Assembly: GCA_012295275.1 (NCBI GenBank)
Contig: CM022670.1
Coordinates: 9,424,001 to 9,488,000 of the forward strand
Reading direction: 5' to 3'
DNA: 64,000 nt
From: Chrysomallon squamiferum
Lineage: Eukaryota > Animalia > Mollusca
Part shown: piece by piece, positions 14,964 to 28,396 of the stretch
How the letters are laid out: the number at the start of each line of letters is the position of its first letter
Numbering within the stretch: the first letter of the stretch is position 1
Notes under the pieces: model-generated
What the model saw: only the letters and a program-made list of their open reading frames with translations
Told to the model about the DNA's origin: nothing
Databases searched by the model: none
Made by a program: the position numbers and the translations under genes

Positions 14964-15366
14964 TAAAGACACCCACACACATTTTGTTGATTGTTTTAAA
15001 AACTTTTAAAAATTTTAATTTTTTTTAAAAATCTCAGATGATATGGAATTTTGAGAAAAAACAAAAACATTAAATCAACAAATAAAAAATAATATTATGT
15101 ATAGAGAAAATTAGATAATGGATGAAATGAAGAAAGAATAATAAAGTGAGTTTACATTAAGAAAAACAGTCACAACAATTAGGTATTCTCTCTATTAATA
15201 TTATAAAGTTTTGGAAGGCAGTTATCTTACAAAATCATTTTTAATTACTTCTTTTGCTTTAAAATTATGTTTCATTTCATTTGTTTGGTTTTTTTGTTGA
15301 AATTTTTCAAAGTGTAAACATAAGTCTTCAAACTGGACAAACCAAATTATACTAAAGCCAGCAAAT

Positions 15367-15394
15367 AACCAGGTGCGCTTTTTCTCACCTGGTT
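15367..15394. promoter_or_regulatory. Inverted pair of E-boxes with an overlapping CSL/RBPJ-like site, 70 bp upstream of the C4orf33-like ATG
   Basis: AACCAGGTG-cgctttttct-CACCTGGTT is a perfect 9-bp inverted repeat and contains TTTCTCAC. Confidence 0.4.
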
Positions 15395-15463
15395 GTAAAG
15401 TTTCAGGATTTGTCTAGTAGCTGGACGGTTGATCATTGCAAAAACGCCTAAGCTGTAACAAAC

Positions 15464-15747
15464 ATGGAAACTTTTTTTTTCTACTTTCTCCTTACAATAG
15501 CCATCTGGTCAGTTCAAGGGTAAGTTAACGTTTTTTGAAAATATACATCTTTTTTTCCTAATGACACATAAATTATTATTATTTGTTTGTTTGTTGTTGT
15601 TTTTTATTGTTTTTCTTATAATGTTCTTAAAGAGTTATATTTATTATGAATATTTATAATTTATATAAGCATAATCGAAATAAAAGAAATGGATGAAAAT
15701 AAATCTTTCTTTTTATTATTTATTTATTTATTATTATTATTATTTTC

Positions 15748-15787
<40 letters not shown>

Positions 15788-16905
15788 TTGTCCAAATTTT
15801 AATTTCATTTTATTGTGCTGAAGTTAAATTTCTTACTGTAGGCCTGTTTAAAAATAGCGATAAATTCTTGAATGCGGCGCCTAACAAAATAGTTTGCTTT
15901 TCTTGATCTGTTAATTTTTATAGGCCAATTCATCGAAATCGAAAAAAAAAAAAAAAAAAAAAAAAAGCCTAACAGTTTAATTTTGTTACTTTTTTTAATT
16001 TATTGATATTATCTTCAATTCTAACATTTTGTACACGTTATAGGCCTATATTAATTAGTCGTCACACGCAAATGATGGTTCGTTAGTGAAAAAAGGTGGA
16101 AATACCCATAAAGCAAATAGAAAGATTTAACAACAATTACTTCTTGAAGAAGTAAAATTCCAAAATTTATTCTTGAAGAGATACATAGCAAAAACTTTTC
16201 AAAAATCAAGAATATATAAAGCAAAGCAAATATTCGAATGAGGTATTTTGATATATGAATTTTTTATTTCATTATCACTAAATTACTAATGACTGGCACC
16301 GCCCTCTTTTTGTATCTGATATGACTGTAAAGTTTAATTAGACCGAATGCACGATAAATTCAGCTGTAAACGTATTAAAACGTGTTATTACGTATACATC
16401 AAATACATACTTCTTCAGAATTGTTATATTTACATGAAACATTTTCTTAAATAATTTTCAAACACTGCAAATAATTACAATATCTATATGTTCCTGTGCA
16501 CAGCAACACACACAAAATTAATACTGCAGTACTAAAATATATTTTTGTTAATTTATTTTTGAGACTTAATTCAAATAGCTGATTCAGAATTTTAAGATTA
16601 TGCTGATAAAATAAATTACGCAGCACATTATGTTTGAAACGTTTGGAATTGTTTCACAGTATAAATTCAAAGACATTGATATTTATTTATTTTTCCACCA
16701 GCTTAATTGTAATAGTCCGAGATGGGTTTTATTAGCCATATAATTAAAATATATGTATTCACGTCATACATCTACACAAAATATGGAATTAAAAGGAAAA
16801 TGTTTCCACAAGGTTATTAGTTGCCAGCATTAACAATACCAAGGAACAGAATTCACTAATGTTTTTTTTTTTAGCCTCTGTATATATTATTAATGCTGGC
16901 ATTAT

Positions 16906-16949
<44 letters not shown>

Positions 16950-18739
16950 AGGTTTGAAATTATAATTTTTTTTTTTCAGTGCCTCTGAGACCTATGTAAT
17001 AACAAAACTGTGGGATGACACACCTGTAGATGTGAGTGATCATGTAAGAGTAACTCTCAGCAGCAGTCACAATGGGTTAGAGATTTCAGTTCATGCTCCA
17101 TTCTATCATGATCCAGCTCCACCTGATGGTCAGCCTGGCTCATCTTACAATAAACTCTGGGACTATGAAGGTATTTCACAAGTTCACAAGTGCAGATGTG
17201 AAAGAATTTGATCTTATTCAAAATAAAAACTGTACTTTACTGGGTATAAGCTAAAATGTATAGATAAAACACCTATTTATATGATACATTTATTATTGAA
17301 AAACTTGAAATTTTTGTTATTTTTGCCATTTACTGTAAGCTTTTTTCTTAATTTTTAAAAATGTATTTTATTGTTTGTATTTTTGAAATTTTTGTTTGTT
17401 TGTGTTTCTTGTCTTTTCTTAGTTAAATAGCTGAATGACATTCCTGTTTTCTTTTTTTTCTTTTTTTTTTTGTTGTTATTTTGTTTTTGTTTAAAAAAAA
17501 CCCACCAAAAAACTGCTTTAAGTTGTTGAAGCCTTCTTTTTGAATGATCATGACCAGTATCTTGAAGTGGAGTTAGCACCGTAAGTAAATATTAACAAAG
17601 TCTTTGTTAGAAAAAATATACTTCACTGAGATGGCACTATATTTCAGACAATATACCTATCCATCTACATTCTAAAATACAACATGTTTTTTGACTAACA
17701 CAGAGATTACATTATGACATTAATTGCATTATTTAATATATAAAGTTATCTTGTTAATAATTTTTATGAAAATAATATATATATATATAATATATTTTGC
17801 AGACATGGGGAACATTTAGTTCTTATGCTGAATGGAAAAAAAAATGCCACAAAGGTACTTTGAGACTATTCATGATTTCAATGGCCACAAATCTCATTGC
17901 TTTTCTAAGAAGAAAATAGTTTATCTGTATTTGTAACTAATTCAGATCCACTATAATATTTATAAATTAACTATCTGCAATAGCATATAAGTGATAACAA
18001 TTAATATAAATAATTTATTTGTATCCTGCTTGTTACAAAATGCAAGAAATCATGTTAATGAAATAAATATATCAATTATAATCACATATTCTAGCATTTA
18101 GTAGAATGGAAAATAATTGTACATCATTTATCTTTTAAAACAATTTTAACATCCAGATTGGCCTACCAATACAGTTCACAGCTCATAGACATAACAACCA
18201 CTGGAATGGCCAAGCCCACATACCAGCAGACTATTTCCCTCCACATGTAACAAAATTCAATTCCTATGCAATTCATGGTACCTCATCTTCAAGAACATAT
18301 CTTGCATTGTATCCTGCTCCAAAAGGGAAATTTACTCATCCGGATTTGTGAGTATTTTTATTAAAGAAAATATATTTCACATTCTCACTCCAACATAATT
18401 CCCCTAAAAAAAGCCCAGTTGATATTTGAATTTAAATCAAATTAAAATAAAAAGTGCTTATTAATTGTTTAAAATTAAAATTGATCAAAAGAAATATCAT
18501 TTTGCATTTTAAATTTCATGACTTTCAGAAATTCTTTTAACCACCACATAGAAGGTCAAACATCATTTGATACACATTAAGTATTTTTGAAACTGTTTGT
18601 AGAAAGTTAGCATTCAAAGGGTTTTTTCCCTTTCAGCCATCGTCTTGAATACTTCCAACAGATTGATTTCAACAAATTGGTTGCATCAAATAACGAACCA
18701 TCACCATTGTGGAAACCATACAGTCCAATTATTGGTTAA
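15464..18739 (+). CDS. C4orf33: UPF0462 / C4orf33 homolog, 6 exons, ~216 aa, with N-terminal signal peptide
   Basis: Exons 15464-15519, 16980-17170, 17523-17580, 17803-17854, 18157-18347 and 18637-18739 join in frame with GT-AG sites. Family motifs APFYHDP, LWDYEVVEAFFLND, QYLEVELAPHGEHLVL, YFPPHVTKFNSYAIHG and PDFHRLEYF match recalled human C4orf33. Confidence 0.9.
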
Positions 18740-19793
18740 AATCTCGAGGGAATAGATGTCTGCCTTTTCTTTTTTCTTTTACATCTTAATGACTTCTGCA
18801 GGAATGATTAATCAATGCAGTGTTAAATACTATCATGACTTCAAGATGCATTAAAAAATTATAATACGTAATTGTATATTGTCAGTTATATAATGTTATT
18901 AAAGTAACACCCAAATTCTATTTATTTGTAAATGTTTTGATTCTATATGAAGTATAGTCTTGGAATATCAACAATAATTCAAAATAAACTGTCACTAAAA
19001 AAATTTCCTTACTGAAATTCAGATTTGTGGTATATAAAATTTAAAAAAAGTTATAATAATTTAAATTTTCAATGATTGTTACAAAAGTATTAAATCTATG
19101 AGCTCCAAATAACTAACACACACACACACACACACACACAAAATAACATAAACAAATAAATTTTATTATGCTTTCTAAATGATTTTATTCTTATTTTTCA
19201 AAATAGAAAAAATATAAATGTGAAAAATAGTTTTAAATGTAGTCTTCAAGGACATAAAATATTCAGATATAAATAAATTCATAGCAAATTTGTCATGTGA
19301 AAAAGTTTATAAAGTAACATCTATCATACACACTATTTATTTTTTGCCTTGCACACAAATTCACAGAAAGAATAGAAACTTTCAAATTTAAATCAGTAAC
19401 AAAAGGATTCATATATCCAACTGAAAAACTAATATCAAAATGTAATATGAAATTATACTGATATGAACAAAGTTTTCAAATAAAGTAAATTATTACATGT
19501 TTTCCAATTTCCTTCTAATTAGAATTTTGTATTTTCCTCTTTTTTTCTTCTTTTCTCCAACAAATTAAAAATCAATAACAAAACAAAACCAGTAACTCAA
19601 ATTCAGTAAAGACAAATCTCAAACTAAATGATCTCAAAGTAATGCACAAAACAAAGTGGACATAAGAATATTCTGGTGTAGAAAAGTCTAATGGTAACCA
19701 TCATCAATACAACAACATATTTAAGGTTTATATGTGAAAAAAAAAAAAAAAAAAAAAAGGAGAAATGAAATTAGCAAAGTACTAACTTCATCA

Positions 19794-19824
<31 letters not shown>

Positions 19825-20422
19825 ACTGAGTTGCACTCAAAACTGCTGAGTAATTTACTCCTGCAGTTTAAATGCAAACCACAATTATCTGTGAACTGTT
19901 TTGTATCACTTTCAGCTGTATTAAAACCCTGGCAAAATATGTTGCTGGTCAAAGTGCTAACAAAAAAACGAACAAAAATAACAAAAATAGCCATCTGAAA
20001 TAAAATTCTTAAGATATCTGCCTTCTGAATTTGTAATGTTATTGAAATATTCCTTAATATCTAATACAAATTTTGGGGGAGAACTCCCATCCCCACAATT
20101 AGCTAATTTAAACCTGGAGTCCTATATCCTCTGTGAAACAGTGTGATAGAACAGTTGCCCTTTTATTTCTTTTAACTGTAAAGTTTAAAAACCCCATTGT
20201 AAAACAATTGTTCATTCATTTTCCTTTGGAAGAAATTAAAATCTTTTCACATTTAATCAATTCCTGAATGCTGCTCAATTTCCACACCAATGAGATATCC
20301 AAAAATATATGTATATATATATTATAATATATAAAATTCTTAATAAAGGCTTCGTTTTACCAAATGAAACATTATACAGTTTTAGCAACATATGTTAATT
20401 AGTAGTAAAGAACAGAAAAATT

Positions 20423-23400
20423 TCAGGCCAGCACAACATCATTAATGAGATCGTATAGCAAATAATCAGAGTGCTTATGTGCTTCATGAGGATTGATTAC
20501 CACTGTTCGGCGTGGAGAGGATTCCATCTGTCGTTCAATTTCAATAAAACCTTTATCACCTGAGAGAATAGTGAAGGGAATTTTCTTTGGAAGTCTTTCA
20601 TCCATTTTACCAATCTGTAAACAACAAAACCAAATTAGTTTTGTATGGTAATGAAACATTTCCAAAAAGAGGAAAAACGGCAATGAAGGCAAATATTTTC
20701 ATTTCTTGTTAAGTTTGTAATTCCAATTGCATATTTAATTACGATATTAAAAAATAATGATGTTCAAAACATTTAATTTTGTTTTTCTTTTTTCTCAAAA
20801 CAGGTTTTGTTCAAAATACATTTTTTTTTAAAATGATTTTATTATCTTGTTTTTTTCACTCCTGAATTCCAGTAAATAGAATTCTTTAAAAATGTGCCAT
20901 GCAGATGAGTTTTGTGCTTAATTTCAGTTCTTTAATCTTCAAATTTTTTTTTTTTTTAAATATTAATTGAAAATATGCTCATTTATTTTTACCAAGGAAA
21001 TAAAACACCTCTAGAGACTAACACTTACTGTTAGACAAATAGCGAAGTCAGCAGCATCCTTTCTTGAACCACATTGTTCATGAAAATGAAGCCACCCCTT
21101 TTCCCAAAGTCGTTGAAATGCCAGATTTCTGAAAATATTTTACATGAGAAAATGTGGAAATTATAATGTTATCAAATAAATGGGATCAATAATAAAAAAA
21201 TATTGTGTTATTATAATGACTGGTAATTTTAGAAAGTTAATAAACAAAACAGTGAAAAAACAAGCCAAAAAATAGAAACATTTTCAAATTAAAACAATGC
21301 ACAATAACAAAATTTTAAAAATAAAAGACTAAAAACATTTAAGAAAAAAGATAATAACAATCAAGAAATAAAAATGCTAATGACACACAAAGACTTAACA
21401 GCTATTTTAATGCTGAAGCTGAGGATCACACCATTAGTCTAATTTCAGAGAAAGAATCTAATAAATGGAAATGAAAGGCTTATCAGTCAAGGCACCTTAT
21501 TAGCTCTAGGCTAATCAATGACTGTATAAAATGCCATAGAATTTATGTATACTGAATCCTGCATTTTAATTTTAATTTTGTTGTTATATATCTGTAACAC
21601 ATTCTTTTCTGTATTTTATGCCTAGAGAATGTAGTCATCACTGCCATTGTCCACACCTGTGGAATTTTGCAGAATTTTGTTATTTGTAAATCAAGTTAAA
21701 AAAGCAACTGTCAACTCTGTGACCTTTGCTGTATTCAGCTAAAGTTATTTGAGGTGATCCACAATATAGAGACAGGTGGGGAAGTTATGGATAAGTTTGT
21801 ACACTTGATTTAGACAGGAATTTTGTCTAAAAGAGTTGTCACAGTCTTCAGAATTCTTTCAACTGTGACCTTTAAAATCAGCAGCTAATGGCCTTGATCC
21901 TTGACAGAGAGTCAAAGTAGGCACGTTCACGTTGGTAATGTTTGTGTGTAATTATATCTGATGGTAAATCAGTTTGTTACAAACTACAGTTAAATTTTTG
22001 TTATGGACATAATATACTGTCCAACTTTTATTTCTACTATTTGTATGCTGGCAATCTATTTGACCTATATGAGGAAGAATGTGAAGGCAAGAATATTGTA
22101 GCAGGAACAGAAATACTTTTATATGTCAAGTACAAAAAAACAAAAAAGAGTTAAATACAACTGTTATGGTCTTTGTTTTTGTAAACACTGAACTTACGTA
22201 GGTACTTTCCAGTATCGCAAGCCTGCACCAAAGAATGCCCAGACAAATGTTTTATCAGGTAGGCAGAAAGGCAGAAATTTGAAAAAGCTGCTCCAGTTAT
22301 CCAAGTCCAGGAAAATGATATGGTGCATTGTGTCAAGATTTTGAGGTTCCTTGACACATGAAACAGGAACAACTTTCCTGTTCAACTCTGGCAGTTTGAC
22401 TGCTTCTATATAATTTCTCTTTCGACATCTGTTTTGTATAAATAATGGTGTCTTAAAAAGTGGTTGTTTCCTAAAAAATGGGGGTGGCCTAAAAAGTGTA
22501 GGATATCTCATACTACAACCAACTCCTGAAGTTTGAGATCCTCCAAAAAAATGTTTGGCTTCAGGTATGTGATATGACTGACAGGAAAAACCTTTCTGAG
22601 TTTTAGAAAAAGAAGCTTTTTCTATGGTGTCCATCTTTCGTTTTTTGACAGGAGGTGACCATAAATCATTCTGTTTTGAATTTACCTGAACAGAAATCTC
22701 TTGCAAAGGTAATTTTTCATTTGTTGGTCTTGAAAAATCTTCCCATCTTTTGTACTCATTAATTGATTTGTTTGTGTTTGGTTTTGCCTCTTGATTTTTC
22801 ATTCGTGATCTTAAAATTTTATATTGTTCAAGTTCTTCTTCAAAGGTCAAATATTTCTTGTTAGAAGGTGATATTCGATGACAGGAATCATACTGAATTC
22901 TTCCTCGCTCATATACATGATACACTGGAGTGTTCACCATTTTCAGTGGAGGTGAGCGGTAATAATCATTACCATTATTATAATGGTCCCTGCACATTTT
23001 TCTTTTCTTGTATTCAGTGTATATTGGCTGTTCATGTTTTCTTTTAGATCTTTCCTTGAAATACAAATCATCCTGATTTGAGGAAGAAAATTTATTTTTA
23101 GGTATAATGTTTGTGGATCTGTGGTTGAAAACAACTTTATTATGAGAGAAACCAATGCCATTGTTTGCACAAGATGTTTCTGCCATTTTGAAACTGTTCT
23201 TTATGTTATCTACATGAGCTACTGACTGTGAAATATTTGATGGCTTGTTACGGTTTATCCAGTATTTCACTGAAGAAGTTGATGTTGAAGCTGTTGTTGG
23301 CTCTGGTATTTTGCAATCTTCAAACACACTTTTTCCATTTAGTGTGAAGTAACGATCAGACCATCTATCAGTTTCTGTTTTTTTTTTATTACTACTTAAT

Positions 23401-25180
23401 TTGTTAGCAACATTTTGACACATCTCTGTATTGTTTACATTATTAGTAAAATATCTATCAGATATTCCATTACAGACTGAAGGCCTCTTGTCACCAACAG
23501 TGAAATTGCCACTAAATACCATATTTGTTCCTTGACAATTTTTCTCACTAATATTATTAGTATTTCCAAACATACCTGTTTTATCAGAAATGAAATTATT
23601 ACTGGCAACAAAACTGAGAATTTTATTTAAATCCGAAGTGCTTATTTCAGCTGTTGGAAATGAAGGGGGTTTTTCTTGACTGAAATATGAAGTATTTTGC
23701 TGAACATTTGTTTTGTAACCATTAATAAAACCAGTAAAAATGTTTTCTCCAAAATGACAATCTGATCTTGTGTTAATATTATTAATATAACCTGATGATG
23801 AACAGTTACATTTAGTGAAACCATTACCTGAAGTAGAACCATTATCTAAACTGAAACAATAATCTGTTAAAATAGTTTTACTTTTTTTAAAACTATAACC
23901 AGCACTGTTATCTGGATTGCTCTTCCATGTTCTGTTACCACTGTAATCGCATTCTAATGGTATATAGTTTTCTTTGAACAACGAAATACCAGTATTCATG
24001 AAACAACATGTGGGTTGTATGTGTGACAGTGGTGAAACTTTCATCACACTTTTAGAAGCCTGTGAATAATTAGAGACCATATTAAGTATATTTTGTAATT
24101 TATCAGCCATAATTAGTACCTCGGATTTCTGCTTCACAGTGTTGTTAGCATTCCGTTCAAGTGTAAGACCAACTCTGCGGACAAATTCTTTCAGAGTTTT
24201 GCAGTTAAGATCTGTCTTATTACCCGTCATACCTCGTTCACAGTGATGGACGCCATCAATGAAGTCTGATGACTGAAGAATTTGGCCACAGGATGTGCAC
24301 GTATTTCCAGTTAAGTATGCTGAAAACACTTCAGCCTGAAATTAAAAAAAAAAATTAAAGGATGATATAAAAACAAAAGGGAAAAAAATAAGTTGGAATT
24401 TTATATTGCTTTTGGGATTAGAGTTATGTGTGAATAATTCAGGAAAACAATCAGTTTAGATCAATTATTTTCTAACAACTTTTCAGCCAGTAATTAATTG
24501 CCGATTATCAGGGGGTTTTTTTAATTTTTATTTTTTTTATTTTCATTCCATATCTAATAGTTTATTAAACTATCAAATTCACTGAAAGCACTAAATATGT
24601 TTGTTTTTTCATTTCCTTATGCAAGAAAATTTAACTTTTTATGAAGGCATTTAATGACCAATTTTTAAATTATGAATTCCAGACAAGTTTTAAAACTGGT
24701 CTAATATAAAAGAAAATTTTTGAAATTAAAATGCACAGAAATTCAAAATGAAAATTACAGGTGTAGAAACTGCTTGAGATGATATAAAATGGGTCTTCCC
24801 ATGCTGCTTCAATTGCTGGTAATCAAGAACAGAAACATTGCATTCTGAACAAGTCACTTGGAAATGAACATTTGAACATTTATTTATAAAGTCTTCTGCT
24901 AGTCCCTTTGATATTGGGATGGTGAAGGGATCATCAGAGACAGCTCTTTCAAAGTCACCTGAAAAGAAATACAACCATTTGACAAAGTACTTTTAGTGTA
25001 TATTAAAACAGTTAATCCCACAATTATACAAACTAAAGATTATATATATTGTCCCAGTAGTCTATCATATTAACTAGAAGAGGGTGACAGCATTATTTAG
25101 GCAAAACAAAAGATAAAGTGAATATCAATAACTAGAAATATTGCCAATCTTTTGGATAGTCTGAATGTTCTGACATTGCT

Positions 25181-25220
<40 letters not shown>

Positions 25221-27315
25221 TGGAAAATACCACTAAATGGAAAGGCAATATTTTTGTGAAACTCTTTCACCATGTGCTGACTGCATCGAGCCTGGTCATC
25301 ATAGAAAGCGAAGCACTGAGGACAGGCAAAAGCCACTATTGCTAGTGGTGAAAATAAACAAAGGTGATCATTCATTATCATGTGTTCATAGCATCGTATT
25401 CTCTCCTGGTAAAAAAAAAACAAATGATAAAAATAAAGTATTACATATGATACATTATCATAAAAATAAATAAATAAATAAATAAAAAACCCAGACAAAT
25501 TCACTTAATACATAAATAATAAACAACAAAAATCTAACAATATTAATTTAATTAACATTACTTATAAACAATATTAAACAATTTTTTTTTTGAAAAGTCA
25601 CCTGGTAATTATCTCCACACTTTGGACAGATATAAAAGTGTGGCATTTCTGGTAACTCACAGTTTATTAGTGACAAACAAGGGTTACACGATGAATGCAA
25701 AAAAGCCTGCTTGTGGACACTGTATTTGTCCCTGGACTTGTACTGAGCACTGCAGTTCACAACTGGACAAATGAACTTTAAATCATGGTCTACGGAATCA
25801 AATGAAGCAAAGGCTTCAGAACTGTATACGGTATGATTTGAATGCAGTGGACTGGTCATGCTAGTGCTAGGAGATGACCAGTGCCTGGCACGAGAGGCTT
25901 CAATCACTTCCTGACTTCTGCAGGCTCTGACCGGTGAGAAGGTCTTTTCCTTAGAGGCAACCAGCCGCCTGACTGCATTTTCAACTTTACCTAAAATGCA
26001 ACAAAAAAAAGAAAGAAAGATTTATCTTAGTGGCTTAGTGAAGATGTTCAGATGAATCATTTAGAAGATTTTCTGCTGGAAACTTACAAGACATGAAGCA
26101 TGTTCTGGCTGAAATAGAAAATATAATAATCACAAATGAATGTAAGTTTTGGCACCTTTAAGAAATGAATGAATTTTATTTAAAAAAAAAAAAAAAAAAA
26201 AATTATATATATATAGACACACATGCACACATTTGATAATTAAAATGATTTTAGGTATTATATATTGTTTTATTCTTAAATATAAACTTATAATCTGTAC
26301 CATGTTTATTGGCCCATGCATCAACTACTACTTTGGCATTTTCTAATGCTGCTTTGGAAACAACTTGATTTTTAAGATATTGTGAATGTGCCACCTCAAC
26401 TTCTCTTTTGTTCTGCATTATTTCAATCTGCAGTGAAAAAAAGTATATAAAAAGAATTATAAATAATAATAATAAAAAAATTAAAATAAATTCAACATTG
26501 AATAAAATGAAGATATAAAAATTAAGTGTATTACTAATGACTGATACAGTAATATTGCAATGACTTAATCAGTTTCAGTCTATAATATTATTTTCATTAT
26601 CTCCAGAGGATTCACTCTCATGTGTTTTATTTTTATTTTATTTATTTAATTCTTTTTGTGGCTGGTTTGGAGAGTCATATTTTCTTAATAAGACACTGAA
26701 AAATAGTTTTAAATAACCTTTTAAGTATACAAAATGCACTGAAGCAGTTTTCACAAATCAAATGTATACTTTCAAAAACAGTCTGTATAATCTTTTTGGA
26801 TTAACACAAATGATCCTTCAAATATAGAAACTGATCAAAATTAGTCCACTTTTCTTTTTAATTCAGACACTCGCAGGCTATGAAATTTTGTTATTACATG
26901 TTGCATAAATACTCCAAATGTAAATTTGTATGTTGCCCTCCCTTCAGTCTTGAATCTATACTTACTCTACTTTCTCTTTCTCTTCGATTTTGTTCAAATC
27001 TTTCTGATACTGAATCCAGCAAGGAATATTTGTGTTTTGATGAAGCACCATTATCAGATTCCTGTATAAAGGTTATGAAATAATAAATACAACCAAAATC
27101 ACACACACAACTTGCGTAATCACTCATAGAATATTAATGTGGAAAATAAGGTTTACAAAAATAATTTTGTAAAATTAAATAATACTCATTATTATTATAC
27201 TGTCTGTAATCACTAATGTACAAGCGAGATCTTGATGTTGATTAAAATGCAAATATCGTCCGTCGGTAAATACCTCTGTAACTTCCAGATCACAGTCTAG
27301 ATCATCATTATCCAT
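20423..27315 (-). CDS. ZNF451: ZNF451-like protein: several C2H2-type zinc fingers, long low-complexity linker, C-terminal PIN-like domain
   Basis: Exons ~27315-27274, 27061-~26966, 26427-26301, 25990-25602, 25406-25231, 24958-24759, 24335-22198, 21128-21029, 20614-20423 are phase-compatible. Fingers include CPKC..H..H, CPQC..H..H and CSEC..H..H. PIN-like motifs IFLDLDNW, CGSRKDAADFAIC, MDERLPKKIPFTILSGDKGF. Confidence 0.8.
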
Positions 27316-27594
27316 CTAAACAAAATGCTGACCAGCTGTTTCGACTACTACTACCACAGAACGATAATTTAACGGTTCTAACTCTAAGTCATTTACTGAC
27401 TATACGTTTATATTAGTTATTACTTCAATCTTTCGTTAGTTTCAACTGTTGGTGAAACAGTCAATTCAAAGATAAATATCGCTCTAATGGTCTGAAAATA
27501 AAATTATGCTATTAATTATCTAATTATTTTAGTCTGATATACAACAAAAGAAAACAGCCCTATACAATAACAATTAAAACTGTTCTGACATTAT

Positions 27595-27760
27595 TTAATC
27601 TTTCGAAATCGGCGGCTTGGTCTGCATCAAGGGAATTATGGGAAATCATTACTCGGGATAAATCGCTGTCAAGCCGAAAACACATGTCGAATAACTTCGG
27701 AAAAGTATTTTAAGTTACGGAATTGAAAACATCTTCCGATATATATAAATATTCGAAATA
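27595..27760. promoter_or_regulatory. CpG-rich promoter of the ZNF451-like gene with a ZNF143/Staf-like site
   Basis: GGGAATTATGGGAAA at 27631-27645 (reverse TTTCCCATAATTCCC); dense CpGs across ~27.2-27.8 kb. Confidence 0.45.
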
Positions 27761-28396
27761 AATATTTATCCCTTCCTTTTACAGATTATCATTATCATCA
27801 TCTTTTTTTTTCTCTCTCTCTCTCTCTTTCTATCTTTGTCTCAAAATAGTGATACATGTAGTGAAACATTTTCAGTGGCAAATAATTAAATCAACAGTTA
27901 CGTTACAATACTAATGGGTTATTCAAATGAATATAATAAAAATTAAATGCGATTATGAAATAACTAAAAATTTTGTTTACAGATATATTCGTATCACCTA
28001 TGTATTTAAGCTAACATTTTTATTATTATTAATTGTTTTGTTTGTTTGTTTGTTGTTGTTTTTGTTTTTGTTTGTTTGTTTTGTTTGTTTGTTTGTTTGT
28101 TTTTTTTTTTTTTTTAAAGGAACAGATCCAAAGTACAAAAATCACCGTTGCTTCAAATGACGTAAAAATTTTAAACTAGAAGAGAAATTTGAAATTCCAA
28201 ATACTCTACCCTGTATGCATTTTTATGAATTTACAAAATACACGAGAAAACACGAATGAGATTTATGGGTAAATTTAAATATCATCATATCATTAAAATC
28301 TACAACCATAAAAGAAAAGAAAGAAAAAAAATATTTTGCTGAAGAGTGAATATTAACAGTTAGCGTTATAGCTAAGTAAAGATTACTTTTTTTGAA

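Noticed and set aside
21690-21910. Repeated tgtgaccttt/ccttga motifs in a ZNF451-like intron
   Set aside because: Probably decayed interspersed repeat; too degenerate to classify.
22151-23842. Overlapping short ORFs inside the ZNF451-like large exon
   Set aside because: Alternate-frame shadows of the 711-codon ORF, of chance length.
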